DNA from: an uncultured Acidimicrobiales bacterium
Lineage (GTDB): Bacteria; Actinomycetota; Acidimicrobiia; Acidimicrobiales; UBA10347
Assembly (NCBI GenBank): GCA_943788915.1
Contig: CALSSD010000002.1
Location: forward strand, 135,812-199,811
Direction: 5' to 3'
DNA length: 64,000 nucleotides
Position numbers and translations under genes: made by a program
The notes under the pieces: generated by a model
Databases searched by the model: none
Seen by the model: only the letters and a program-made list of their open reading frames with translations
Told to the model about the DNA's origin: nothing
Part shown: piece by piece, positions 9,006-17,483 of the stretch
Layout of the letters: each line of letters opens with the position of its first letter
Position numbering within the stretch: position 1 is the stretch's first letter

Positions 9006-10322
9006 TCAGCCAACCGGCGTAGGTGCGCCCTTGCGTTTAGGACGACGCCGACGGAACTCGCCAGCCACCTCGACATCGTGGTGTTCTGGCAGCCATATGG
9101 CAAAGGTGGCGCCCACAGGTGTATCAATTATCGAGATGTCGCCCCGATGTGCCTGGACGATCTCCCGCACAATCGCGAGTCCCAGGCCGGATCCCTGGCC
9201 ACCAGCGAGATGAGGTCGCCCGGCTTCGCCTTCGCCGAGGCGGACATATCGCTGGAACACTCGCTCACGCTCATCCTCTGCCACGCCTGGACCCTGATCC
9301 GAAACCGTCAACCACACCCAACCGGCCTCTTGACCAGCCCCGATCGAAATCGCTGTTCCCGTTGGCGCAAAACGCACCGCGTTGGCCAGAAGGTTGGCGA
9401 TCGCTTGTTCAAGCGATCGGGCGTGACCGCGCACATACAGATCAGCTTCGACGTCGATATCAAGCGCCAGGCTCTCCTGGGCCGCAGCTGTCTCAAATTC
9501 ATCGACGAGCATAAGTACAAGCTGGCTTAGATCGATCGTGGTCTCGACCCGAGCCGCTGCCTCGTGGCGGGCATAGGCCAACAGATCATCGACGAGTTTC
9601 GACATGCGCTCACTAGACCTGCGCACGACTTCGGTTGTGTGTTTGTACTGCTCGAGATCGGCGTCGGGATCGCTCAGCGTCACATCGAGGTTCGTTCGCA
9701 TGACGGCCAGTGGGTTCCGCAGCTCGTGTGACGTGTCGTGAATGAGCCGCTGCTGATTGTCGAAGGCCCGTTGCAGACGGTCGAGCATGGCATCGAAGGT
9801 GTCAGCCAGTTGCTTCAGATCATCGTTGGGCCCCAACAATCCAATTCGCCGACTGAGATCGGTCGCTTGAATGTCTCGCGCAACCCTGGTGATCCGTCCG
9901 ATCGGCATGAGCACGCGGCCCGCCGTGAACCAGCCCACGCCAAAACTGACGAAGAAGATCGCTCCCAGTCCAACGAACGAGTAGCGCCGTAATGTGTCGA
10001 GCGTTTGCGCGTCGACCTGGAGCTCGAGCGTCTCTCGGATGTCGTAACGCTCTTGTTCGATATCGAAAGTCGGGCCGCTGCTTGCGCTCGCCATCTCGGC
10101 GGCCACGATCTGGTTGGTCAGGCTGTTCGACAAACTCCAGTACATGCCGCCCATCAGGATCGATGCCACACCGAAGAGCATCAGTGAATACAACAAGGTG
10201 AGCCGGAAACGCACGGACTGCATAACGGTTGGCAGGCGCGATGAGGCAGCGTTAACGGCTCGGGGACTTCCCGGTGGCGGCGCTGGTTTCAATTCGGACG
10301 GCTTCACGTGGTTGGGTATCAC
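9006..10322 (-). CDS. HAMP-containing sensor histidine kinase (MprB-like position)
   Basis: Two TMs, HAMP, DTSHELRNPL, NLLANAVRF, DQGPG, GSGLGLAI. Confidence 0.95.
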   Translation of the reverse strand: MIPNHVKPSELKPAPPPGSPRAVNAASSRLPTVMQSVRFRLTLLYSLMLFGVASILMGGMYWSLSNSLTNQIVAAEMASASSGPTFDIEQERYDIRETLELQVDAQTLDTLRRYSFVGLGAIFFVSFGVGWFTAGRVLMPIGRITRVARDIQATDLSRRIGLLGPNDDLKQLADTFDAMLDRLQRAFDNQQRLIHDTSHELRNPLAVMRTNLDVTLSDPDADLEQYKHTTEVVRRSSERMSKLVDDLLAYARHEAAARVETTIDLSQLVLMLVDEFETAAAQESLALDIDVEADLYVRGHARSLEQAIANLLANAVRFAPTGTAISIGAGQEAGWVWLTVSDQGPGVAEDERERVFQRYVRLGEGEAGRPHLAGGQGSGLGLAIVREIVQAHRGDISIIDTPVGATFAIWLPEHHDVEVAGEFRRRRPKRKGAPTPVG

Positions 10323-11008
10323 TCGACAGGCAGATCCAGAAGCCTGTAGCCGGCACCAATGACCGTCTCGATCGGAGGATCTTCGCCCTCGACCGTGAGT
10401 TTGCGCCGCAGGGTGCCAACGGTGACCCGGACAGTATTGGTAAACGGATCGGCGTTCTCGTCCCAGACGTGTTCGAGCAGCGCCTCCTGCGATATCACGA
10501 CGCCGGGCTGACCCATAAAGTACCGAAGGAGCGCGAACTCTTTAGACGTCAGGCTGACCGGTTCGCCTGAACGCGTGACCGAGTGGGCGGCAGTGTCGAG
10601 CACGACCGGTCCAACTTTCAGAATCGAACCGCTCGTCGCTGCGTCGCGCCGCATGAGGGTCCGGACCCGAGCCGTGAGTTCGGGAAAGGCAAACGGTTTG
10701 ACGAGATAGTCGTCGGCACCGTCGTCGAGGCCACCGACACGGTCTTGGATTTCGTCGCGAGCAGTCAACATGAGGATACGGGGCGGCTCGGCGTGCACTG
10801 GGTCGGCCCGAATGGCGCGGCACACTGCGCGACCGTCCATCTTCGGCATGGTGATGTCGAGACAGATCAAGTCGTACGGCGTCAGTCGCGCCTTTTCAAG
10901 TGCGTCTTCACCATCGTGGGCAAGGTCTACGGCGTAACCCTCGCGCCGCAAGCCGCGGGCAATTGCCTCGGCCAAGTCCACTTCATCGTCAACTACCAAT
11001 ACGCGCAT
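10319..11008 (-). CDS. OmpR/PhoB-family response regulator
   Basis: MRVLVVDDE, LDITMP, GADDYLVKPF, winged helix IETVIGAGYR. Start trimmed to 11008. Confidence 0.95.
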   Translation of the reverse strand: MRVLVVDDEVDLAEAIARGLRREGYAVDLAHDGEDALEKARLTPYDLICLDITMPKMDGRAVCRAIRADPVHAEPPRILMLTARDEIQDRVGGLDDGADDYLVKPFAFPELTARVRTLMRRDAATSGSILKVGPVVLDTAAHSVTRSGEPVSLTSKEFALLRYFMGQPGVVISQEALLEHVWDENADPFTNTVRVTVGTLRRKLTVEGEDPPIETVIGAGYRLLDLPVE

Positions 11009-11147
11009 CGCTGCCACGGTACCAATCCGTTTTACCTCGGGCATGGCGGGGCGAAACCGTTCGTACCGTTCGGCGCTCTACGATTGGCCGTCGATCGACC
11101 GGCGAATGGGGGTGGGCCACACCCGTTTCGCCCAACCCAAGGAACTC

Positions 11148-12443
11148 ATGGCGTCTGAACCTCTTCCACCACCACCGGCAAATGACCCAACCGACGCGTC
11201 AACGCCAGCCGCCAAGATTCCGGCGAAACCATCAACACCTCCGCCGAGCCCGCCAGCCGCAGCGGCAGCTATCCCCCCACCAGCAGCACCTAGCAGCGAT
11301 GCCAAGCTGTCAACCGCACCAGCGCCCCCTGCGGCCGCAAAACCTTCGACTCCGCCACCACCTCCGCCATCAGCGTTGCCCCAGCCTCCGCCTCCCGTTG
11401 AGCGCACGCAATCACCTGCGACTCCGGTCGCTGTAGTCCCGCAATCGGCGCCTTCTACGCCGCTTGAGTCCGCTCTGTTTGAGGTCAAACGAGTGGTGGT
11501 GGGCCAAGGACGCATGCTCGAACGCATCTTGGTGTGTCTGATCGCCGAGGGTCATTGCCTGCTCGAAGGCGTGCCTGGCATCGCCAAGACGTTGAGTGTC
11601 GAGACCCTTTCCAAGGTCGTTGGCGGCTCGTTCGTTCGGCTTCAGTTCACGCCTGACATGCTGCCAGCCGACATCGTGGGAACTCGAATTTGGCGAGCTT
11701 CAACCGAGACCTTCGACATCGAGCTTGGTCCGATCGTCGCCAACATGGTCCTCGCCGACGAGATCAACCGCGCCCCGGCCAAGGTCCAGTCAGCCCTACT
11801 CGAGGCCATGGCCGAGCGTCAGATCAGCATCGGTGGCGAGACGTTCAAGCTGCCCCGACCATTCCTGGTGCTGGCCACCCAGAACCCGATCGAGTCCGAG
11901 GGCGTCTATCCACTTCCGGAGGCCCAACGCGATCGTTTCCTGATGAAGATCGTGATCGATTACCCCACCCCTGCCGAAGAGGTCGAGATCGTGCAGCGCA
12001 TGGGCGTGCGCCCACCAGTCGCCAATCAGGTTCTCGACCTCGACGACCTGTTGGTGCTGCAAGAACACGCCCGCAATGTGTACGTCGATCGCAACGTGGT
12101 GGACTATGCGGTGAGCCTCACCCTTGCGACCCGAGACCCCAGCGCGTACGGACTTGGCGACCTGGCACCGATGATCTCGTATGGGGCCAGTCCACGAGCC
12201 AGCCTTGGTTTGGTGGCGGCCGCTCGTGCCCTCGCGGTAATCCGCAACCGTAACTACGTGTTGCCGCAGGACATCTTCGACGTTGCTCCTGAAGTCATGC
12301 GCCACCGCCTGGTGCTGTCCTACGAAGCACTCGCCCGCGACATCACCGCAGACCATGTGGTTGCAGGAATCCTGGCAACTGTGCCCGCACCCCGGGTCGC
12401 TCCAAGCCAGGAACCGACCTACGGATCAAGCGCAGCGGGTTAG
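11148..12443 (+). CDS. MoxR-family AAA+ ATPase with Pro-rich N-terminus
   Basis: LLEGVPGIAKT, QFTPDMLPADI, LADEINRAPAKVQSALLEAM, ATQNPIESEG, GASPRA; RBS AAGGA before ATG 11148. Confidence 0.95.
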   Translation: MASEPLPPPPANDPTDASTPAAKIPAKPSTPPPSPPAAAAAIPPPAAPSSDAKLSTAPAPPAAAKPSTPPPPPPSALPQPPPPVERTQSPATPVAVVPQSAPSTPLESALFEVKRVVVGQGRMLERILVCLIAEGHCLLEGVPGIAKTLSVETLSKVVGGSFVRLQFTPDMLPADIVGTRIWRASTETFDIELGPIVANMVLADEINRAPAKVQSALLEAMAERQISIGGETFKLPRPFLVLATQNPIESEGVYPLPEAQRDRFLMKIVIDYPTPAEEVEIVQRMGVRPPVANQVLDLDDLLVLQEHARNVYVDRNVVDYAVSLTLATRDPSAYGLGDLAPMISYGASPRASLGLVAAARALAVIRNRNYVLPQDIFDVAPEVMRHRLVLSYEALARDITADHVVAGILATVPAPRVAPSQEPTYGSSAAG

Positions 12444-12451
12444 CCACACCC

Positions 12452-13384
12452 ATGTTCCGACGCCAGGCGACCGACGCCGAGACACAAGCACACCCGTACC
12501 TCGACCGCCGCGAGGCTGTGTCCAGCGTGCTGCGTCGACTCGAACTCGACATCAACATGCGTCTCGACGGCCTACTTCAAGGCGACTACCGCGGCCTCGT
12601 TCCCGGTCATGGGTCCGAACCAGGCGAGACCCGTCGTTACTCCCCCGGCGACGACGTACGCCGTATCGATTGGAACGTCTCAGCACGGATGAGAGAGACC
12701 TACATCCGCCAGACGATTGCTGACCGCGAACTCGAGACCGCGGTGGCTATCGATCTGACACCAAGCCTGGACTTCGGCACCGCCGACAGCGAGAAGCGCG
12801 ACCTGGCAGCAGCAGCCACCGCAGCGATTGGGCTCCTCACGCTGCGTGTGGGCAACCGTTTTGGGGCTGAACTCATTCGACCCGACGGTGTTGAGAGCGT
12901 TCCTGCCAAGCAGGGTCGGGCCCATGTGATGCACATCGTCGAACAGGTGCTGACCGCACCTCGTGCCGACAGTGCGACTACCACGTTGTCCGACGGGATC
13001 GCTCGTCTTCATGGCCCCCATCGGCGTCATGGTATGCGAGCAGTTATCAGTGACTTCATCGACGACAGTGACTGGCGCAGTCGACTCAAGGTGGTGTCAC
13101 TGCACAACCAGGTAGTCGCCGTCGAGATCGTCGACCCTCGAGAAATGGAACTCCCCAACGTGGGCACACTCGCCGTTGTCGATCCTGAAACTGGCCAACG
13201 ACGCGAGATCCATACACAACGGCGCAAAGTCCGCGAGCGTTATGCCGAGGCAGCCCTTGCACAACGCGCAGACATTGCGCAGACGTTCCGCGACTCGCGC
13301 ACCAATCACCTCCAGCTGTCCACGGACCGTGACTGGCTTCTCGACGTGGTCCGTTTCGTTGCCACTCAGAAAGGACCCACATGA
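12452..13384 (+). CDS. DUF58 domain protein
   Basis: RRYSPGDDVRRIDWNVSAR, ISDF; moxR-DUF58-VWA operon. Confidence 0.92.
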   Translation: MFRRQATDAETQAHPYLDRREAVSSVLRRLELDINMRLDGLLQGDYRGLVPGHGSEPGETRRYSPGDDVRRIDWNVSARMRETYIRQTIADRELETAVAIDLTPSLDFGTADSEKRDLAAAATAAIGLLTLRVGNRFGAELIRPDGVESVPAKQGRAHVMHIVEQVLTAPRADSATTTLSDGIARLHGPHRRHGMRAVISDFIDDSDWRSRLKVVSLHNQVVAVEIVDPREMELPNVGTLAVVDPETGQRREIHTQRRKVRERYAEAALAQRADIAQTFRDSRTNHLQLSTDRDWLLDVVRFVATQKGPT

Positions 13385-14391
13385 GTGACGGCGGCGACAC
13401 CGGCCTTTGGTCATCGAAGTTCGACATCCCTGACAATCTTGAGTTCCTACTGCCCGGCCGCCTGTGGTGGCTGCTGGCTATCGCAGGCCTGTTCATTGCC
13501 TATGTCGTCATGCAATTCATCCGTCGTGGAGCTGCTGTGCGGTTCACGAATGTCAGCCTGCTCGACAAAATTGCACCGCAACGCCCGAACTGGCGTCGTC
13601 ATATCCCCGCGTTCTTCCTGCTACTTGGATTGGCGGGCATGATCATGGCGTACGCCGAACCAGCGGCTGTGAGCCAGGTTCCCAGTGAACGAGCGACCAT
13701 CATGTTGGCGATCGATACCAGTCTTTCGATGCAAGCCGAAGATGTCGTGCCCAGCCGAATCGACGGAGCTAAAGAAGCCGCCACCACATTCCTCGAAGAG
13801 GTCCCCGAAGAAATCAATATCGGGCTCGTGAGCTTCAACGGCATCGCGACCGTACGAGTGCCGCCAACCACCAACCGGGCCGCAGTCCGGTCTGCGATCC
13901 AGGGCCTGGATCTTGGCGAGGCCACCGCTATTGGTGAAGCCATCTTCGCCAGTATTGACTCACTCGAAACGTTCATTACCGAGTTCGAGGGCGACGTACC
14001 CCCAGCCCGCATCGTGCTGATGAGCGATGGCGAGACCACCGTTGGCCGCCCTGACGCTGCCGCTGTAGACAGAGCACGCCTGGCTGGCATCACCGTGTCG
14101 ACCATCGCTTTCGGCACCGACGGTGGTGTGATCGAAATCCCCGAGGATCCCCGCCCAATCCCCGTTCCGGTGAACGAAGATGCTTTAGCCGAGATCGCCG
14201 ATGGCACCGGTGGCGAGTTCTACGAAGCGGCTACGACCGACGAGCTCACCGAAATTTATACCGACATTGGTTCCGCCGTAGCGACCCAAGCAGCTCGGGT
14301 AAGCGTGGGCAGCTGGTTCGCCGGCCGAGCCATGATTCTCATCCTGATCGCTGCTGCACTTTCACTCGTCTTCAGCAACCGTCTGCCCTAG
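13381..14391 (+). CDS. Membrane VWA-domain protein (BatA-like)
   Basis: MIDAS DTSLSM, TAIGEA, SDG; N- and C-terminal TM segments. Confidence 0.92.
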   Translation: MSDGGDTGLWSSKFDIPDNLEFLLPGRLWWLLAIAGLFIAYVVMQFIRRGAAVRFTNVSLLDKIAPQRPNWRRHIPAFFLLLGLAGMIMAYAEPAAVSQVPSERATIMLAIDTSLSMQAEDVVPSRIDGAKEAATTFLEEVPEEINIGLVSFNGIATVRVPPTTNRAAVRSAIQGLDLGEATAIGEAIFASIDSLETFITEFEGDVPPARIVLMSDGETTVGRPDAAAVDRARLAGITVSTIAFGTDGGVIEIPEDPRPIPVPVNEDALAEIADGTGGEFYEAATTDELTEIYTDIGSAVATQAARVSVGSWFAGRAMILILIAAALSLVFSNRLP

Positions 14392-14799
14392 GAATGGGTT
14401 CGTGATAGTCACCCCACGCAAAATCACTCCCGAAGACAGGCCCTCGGTAAAGAGGATCTCGCATCCTGACCGTGAAGCGGCTTCGATGATGAGCGAATCC
14501 CAGCGACTCAGCTGATAACTCTGCCCGGCATCTAAGGCATCTACCACAAGGTTTCGGGTCACCGGAACCACTTCCAGCTCAGCAAGGGATCCAACCGCAT
14601 CGCGGGCGTCGCCAGGTGAGAGCGGCGACGTGATCTTTCGGGTGACCGCTCCATAGAACTCATTCAGCACCTGAGCGCTTAACACCAGGTCCATATCATC
14701 GTGCGACAACAGGTCGCGAGCCACGTCTCGTTTGGCAGGATCGTCGCTGCTGTAGAGGTGCACGAAGACGTTGGTGTCGACGAAAGCTCGAACTCCCAT
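14362..14799 (-). CDS. PIN-domain VapC-like toxin, possibly inactive
   Basis: FVDTNVFV, VLNEF, WDSLI, NPF. The last acidic motif reads TEGL instead of the usual (S/T)EDL. Confidence 0.85.
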   Translation of the reverse strand: MGVRAFVDTNVFVHLYSSDDPAKRDVARDLLSHDDMDLVLSAQVLNEFYGAVTRKITSPLSPGDARDAVGSLAELEVVPVTRNLVVDALDAGQSYQLSRWDSLIIEAASRSGCEILFTEGLSSGVILRGVTITNPFLGQTVAEDE

Positions 14800-14816
14800 A
14801 CTCAGAATCAGACGTC

Positions 14817-15020
14817 CTAGTGGGTGTGCAGGTCCTTGCGTGACCACGTGCGCGGTCCCACCGTGGTCACCACGCGATCGGCATTGGCAACGATTGCTTG
14901 GCGCTTAGCCATGCTTTCGTCGCCTACAAATGATTCAAGGTACGAACGAAGAAGTGCGTTGACCGATGTGTCCGCTTCGAGCGCTCGCAACCGGGCACGA
15001 CGGAGAAGGTCATCATCGGG
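14817..15020 (-). pseudogene. RHH-type antitoxin lacking an in-frame start (not in ORF track)
   Basis: Manual translation DDDLLRRARLRALEADTSVNALLRSYLESFVG...WSRKDLHTH*. An in-frame TGA lies just upstream and the nearest ATG (15046) is out of frame. Confidence 0.7.
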
Positions 15021-15227
15021 TCGACCAAGTCGAGGTGATCACGCATGCCTGATGTATCGCGTCCATCGGTTCTCGCCATTCGAAAACACGAGCAACGACC
15101 TGGACTCGTTCGGTGGGCAGATCAGTGAGCACGTGTGTGGGTCAGGGTTTGCGTCTTGGTCCTTCAGGTATCACCCCAGTCTTGTTTATCTTCGGTTGTT
15201 TCGTCCACCGGGATCTAGGATTGACAC

Positions 15228-15683
15228 ATGACTCCTGATCTTGAAGTGTCCCGTGACATCGCTGCGTCCCCGGCCGACGTATTTGCTGCCATCACTGACA
15301 TCACCCGTATGGGCGAATGGAGCCCCGAGTGTGTGCGGGCCGAGTGGAACGAAGGTTTCTCCGAGCCAGCCGTTGGTGCCATATTCACCGGCCACAACCG
15401 CAACGGTGACAAAGAATGGACGGTCCCTGCCACGATCGTCGAACTGGTCGACAACGAGCGCTTCTTCTTCGATTGCATCGCTCGTGACTCCGTATTCGCC
15501 AAGTGGGGTTACGCCATCGACGCGACCGACGAAGGCTGTCGCGTCACTGAGTACTGGCAGGATCTTCGCCCAGAATCTTCACACAAGCGCAGCACCATGA
15601 TCTCTGGGGTCGCCGATCGCGCAGCCCACAATCGGGCCGGCATGGAAGCCACACTCGAACGGCTCGCCGCAGCGGTCGAGTAG
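15228..15683 (+). CDS. SRPBCC (polyketide cyclase/START-like) protein
   Basis: IAASPADVFAAITDITRMGEWSPEC, GAIFTGHNR, GMEATLERL; TAGGAT-N6-ATG. Confidence 0.9.
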   Translation: MTPDLEVSRDIAASPADVFAAITDITRMGEWSPECVRAEWNEGFSEPAVGAIFTGHNRNGDKEWTVPATIVELVDNERFFFDCIARDSVFAKWGYAIDATDEGCRVTEYWQDLRPESSHKRSTMISGVADRAAHNRAGMEATLERLAAAVE

Positions 15684-15687
15684 CCAT

Positions 15688-16503
15688 GTGACCGAAGCCG
15701 ACGCCATAGCCAGCGCATCGAAACCGGCCACCGTGACATCGCTCGTGGATGAGCTTCGGGCGCTCGGTCTCGACGATGGCATGACGGTGATGGTCCACTC
15801 ATCGCTCTCCCGGTTGGGTTTTGTTTTGGGTGGAGCTCAAACCGTCGTTGCCGCTCTCCACGAAACAGTTGGCCCTGGCGGCACGCTCATGATGCCTACC
15901 CACTCGGGCGCGCTCTCTGATCCATCGAAATGGCAAAACCCGCCAGTACCCGAGACCTGGTGGCAGACCATTCGCGACGAGATGCCGGCGTTCGACCCTG
16001 CCCTTACCCCCACCCGCAGTATGGGCGTCGTTGTCGAGTGCTTCCGATGCCTTCCCGGAGTGTGCCGCAGTAACCATCCAACCGTTTCGGCTGCCGCAAT
16101 CGGCCCGAATACGACCGCGCTACTCAACGACCATGACCTCGAAGATCGACTCGGTGCTACCTCACCCCAAGGGAAGCTCTACGACCTCAACGGCCACATC
16201 CTGCTACTCGGCGTCGACCACGGCAACAACACCTCGCTGCATCTCAGCGAGGCCCGATCGGGATTGCCCGCCACGGTGACCGACGCAGCTCCGATCTTGA
16301 TCGACGGCGAGCGCCGCTGGGTCGAGTTCAAGCACCTCGACGACAACGACGAAGACTTCGCCACGATCGGTGAAGCATTCGCTGCTACGGGGAACGAGCG
16401 CCAAGGACCAATTGGGGCTGGCGTCGGTCGACTCATGCGCAGCCGCGACATCGTCGACTTTGGCACCGAGTGGATGCTCGCCAACCGGGTGGCGTCTCGC
16501 TGA
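15688..16503 (+). CDS. AAC(3)/YokD-family N-acetyltransferase
   Basis: VMVHSSLSRLGFVLGG, GTLMMPT, RSNHPTVS, LLLGVDHGNNTSLHLSE. Confidence 0.9.
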   Translation: MTEADAIASASKPATVTSLVDELRALGLDDGMTVMVHSSLSRLGFVLGGAQTVVAALHETVGPGGTLMMPTHSGALSDPSKWQNPPVPETWWQTIRDEMPAFDPALTPTRSMGVVVECFRCLPGVCRSNHPTVSAAAIGPNTTALLNDHDLEDRLGATSPQGKLYDLNGHILLLGVDHGNNTSLHLSEARSGLPATVTDAAPILIDGERRWVEFKHLDDNDEDFATIGEAFAATGNERQGPIGAGVGRLMRSRDIVDFGTEWMLANRVASR

Positions 16504-16757
16504 GATCTCGCACGGGCGAGGTCGCTGACACGCCAGGCTTTGCTGTCAGCACGGCGCCTGCGTTCCAAAGCGTGGTTCTTCGGTCTTTCGAGGTGACCGT
16601 GACATCAACGCAGCTGTCTTTGGTCGTCCAGATACCGCGGGCATAGGCGAGCCAGGCTCCGGTTTGGATCGGGCACAGTCCGAAAACAACCACAGACCAC
16701 AGAATACCGAGACTGCAATCTTTCCGAAGAGAGCGAACGGCGCTGCCCTAACCACAG

Positions 16758-17471
16758 CTACCACGGGTGGTCATAGCCGTCCCAACGAATGAACCGACCC
16801 GTATCGGCAAGAGACAGATTGTCGATCGACGCCACAATTGCGTCGGCTGACTGATCCACGGTGAGCGGAGCGTTCTCGCCTCCCATGTCGGTCTGGACCC
16901 AGCCGGGGTGCAGCATCACCACCCCGATGCCTTCGGGGGCCAGCGCCGCCGCAGACTTGACACTGACCATGTTCAGTGCGGCTTTTGAAACGCAATACGC
17001 GGCGTCGCGCCCATTCCGCGCTGCCACCTGCATGGAGCCGAGCTGCGAGCTGACGTTCACGACCATGGCATCACTGCCCCGCCGGAGCAGCGGCAGTACC
17101 GCCGATGTGAGCACCATCGGGCCAGTCGCGTTTACATTGAGCACAGCGTTGAAGGTTGCTGCATCGAGGTCGAAGATCCCTCGGACATGCTCGCTGGCCC
17201 CGAAGGCCCGCGCATCGACACCAGCACAATTGATCAGCAGATCGAGTGAATCAGTCTGCTCAGCCAGCTTGTTCGCTGCCGCGATGATGCTCTGCTCATC
17301 GGCAAGATCCATAGTGACGCGGCCTGTAAGACCGATGTCAGGCGTAACGCCCCGTGCTGATCCAAAGACTGTGTTGCCAACGGCAGCGAAACGCTGCGCG
17401 AGAGCGAGGCCCAAGCCACGCCCGACGCCAGTGATGAAGATCCGTCGGCCATGGTTTTGCTCTGTGGTCAC
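16758..17471 (-). CDS. Short-chain dehydrogenase (C-signal/CsgA-like)
   Basis: TGVGRGLG, SSQLGS, YCVSKAALNM, HPGWVQTDMGG. Confidence 0.9.
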   Translation of the reverse strand: MTTEQNHGRRIFITGVGRGLGLALAQRFAAVGNTVFGSARGVTPDIGLTGRVTMDLADEQSIIAAANKLAEQTDSLDLLINCAGVDARAFGASEHVRGIFDLDAATFNAVLNVNATGPMVLTSAVLPLLRRGSDAMVVNVSSQLGSMQVAARNGRDAAYCVSKAALNMVSVKSAAALAPEGIGVVMLHPGWVQTDMGGENAPLTVDQSADAIVASIDNLSLADTGRFIRWDGYDHPW

Positions 17472-17483
17472 CTGGCAAGTGTG

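Noticed and set aside
11056-11072. ACCGTTCG direct repeat as an OmpR-type box
   Set aside because: The period is 9 bp rather than 10-11 and there are only two copies; it could be chance.
15688-16503. Acquired aminoglycoside resistance gene
   Set aside because: AAC(3)/YokD homologues are widespread on chromosomes. There is no mobile context, and resistance cannot be inferred from sequence.
16504-16757. Possible ncRNA or IS remnant in the 250-nt convergent gap
   Set aside because: No recognisable terminal repeats, strong hairpins or protein motifs.
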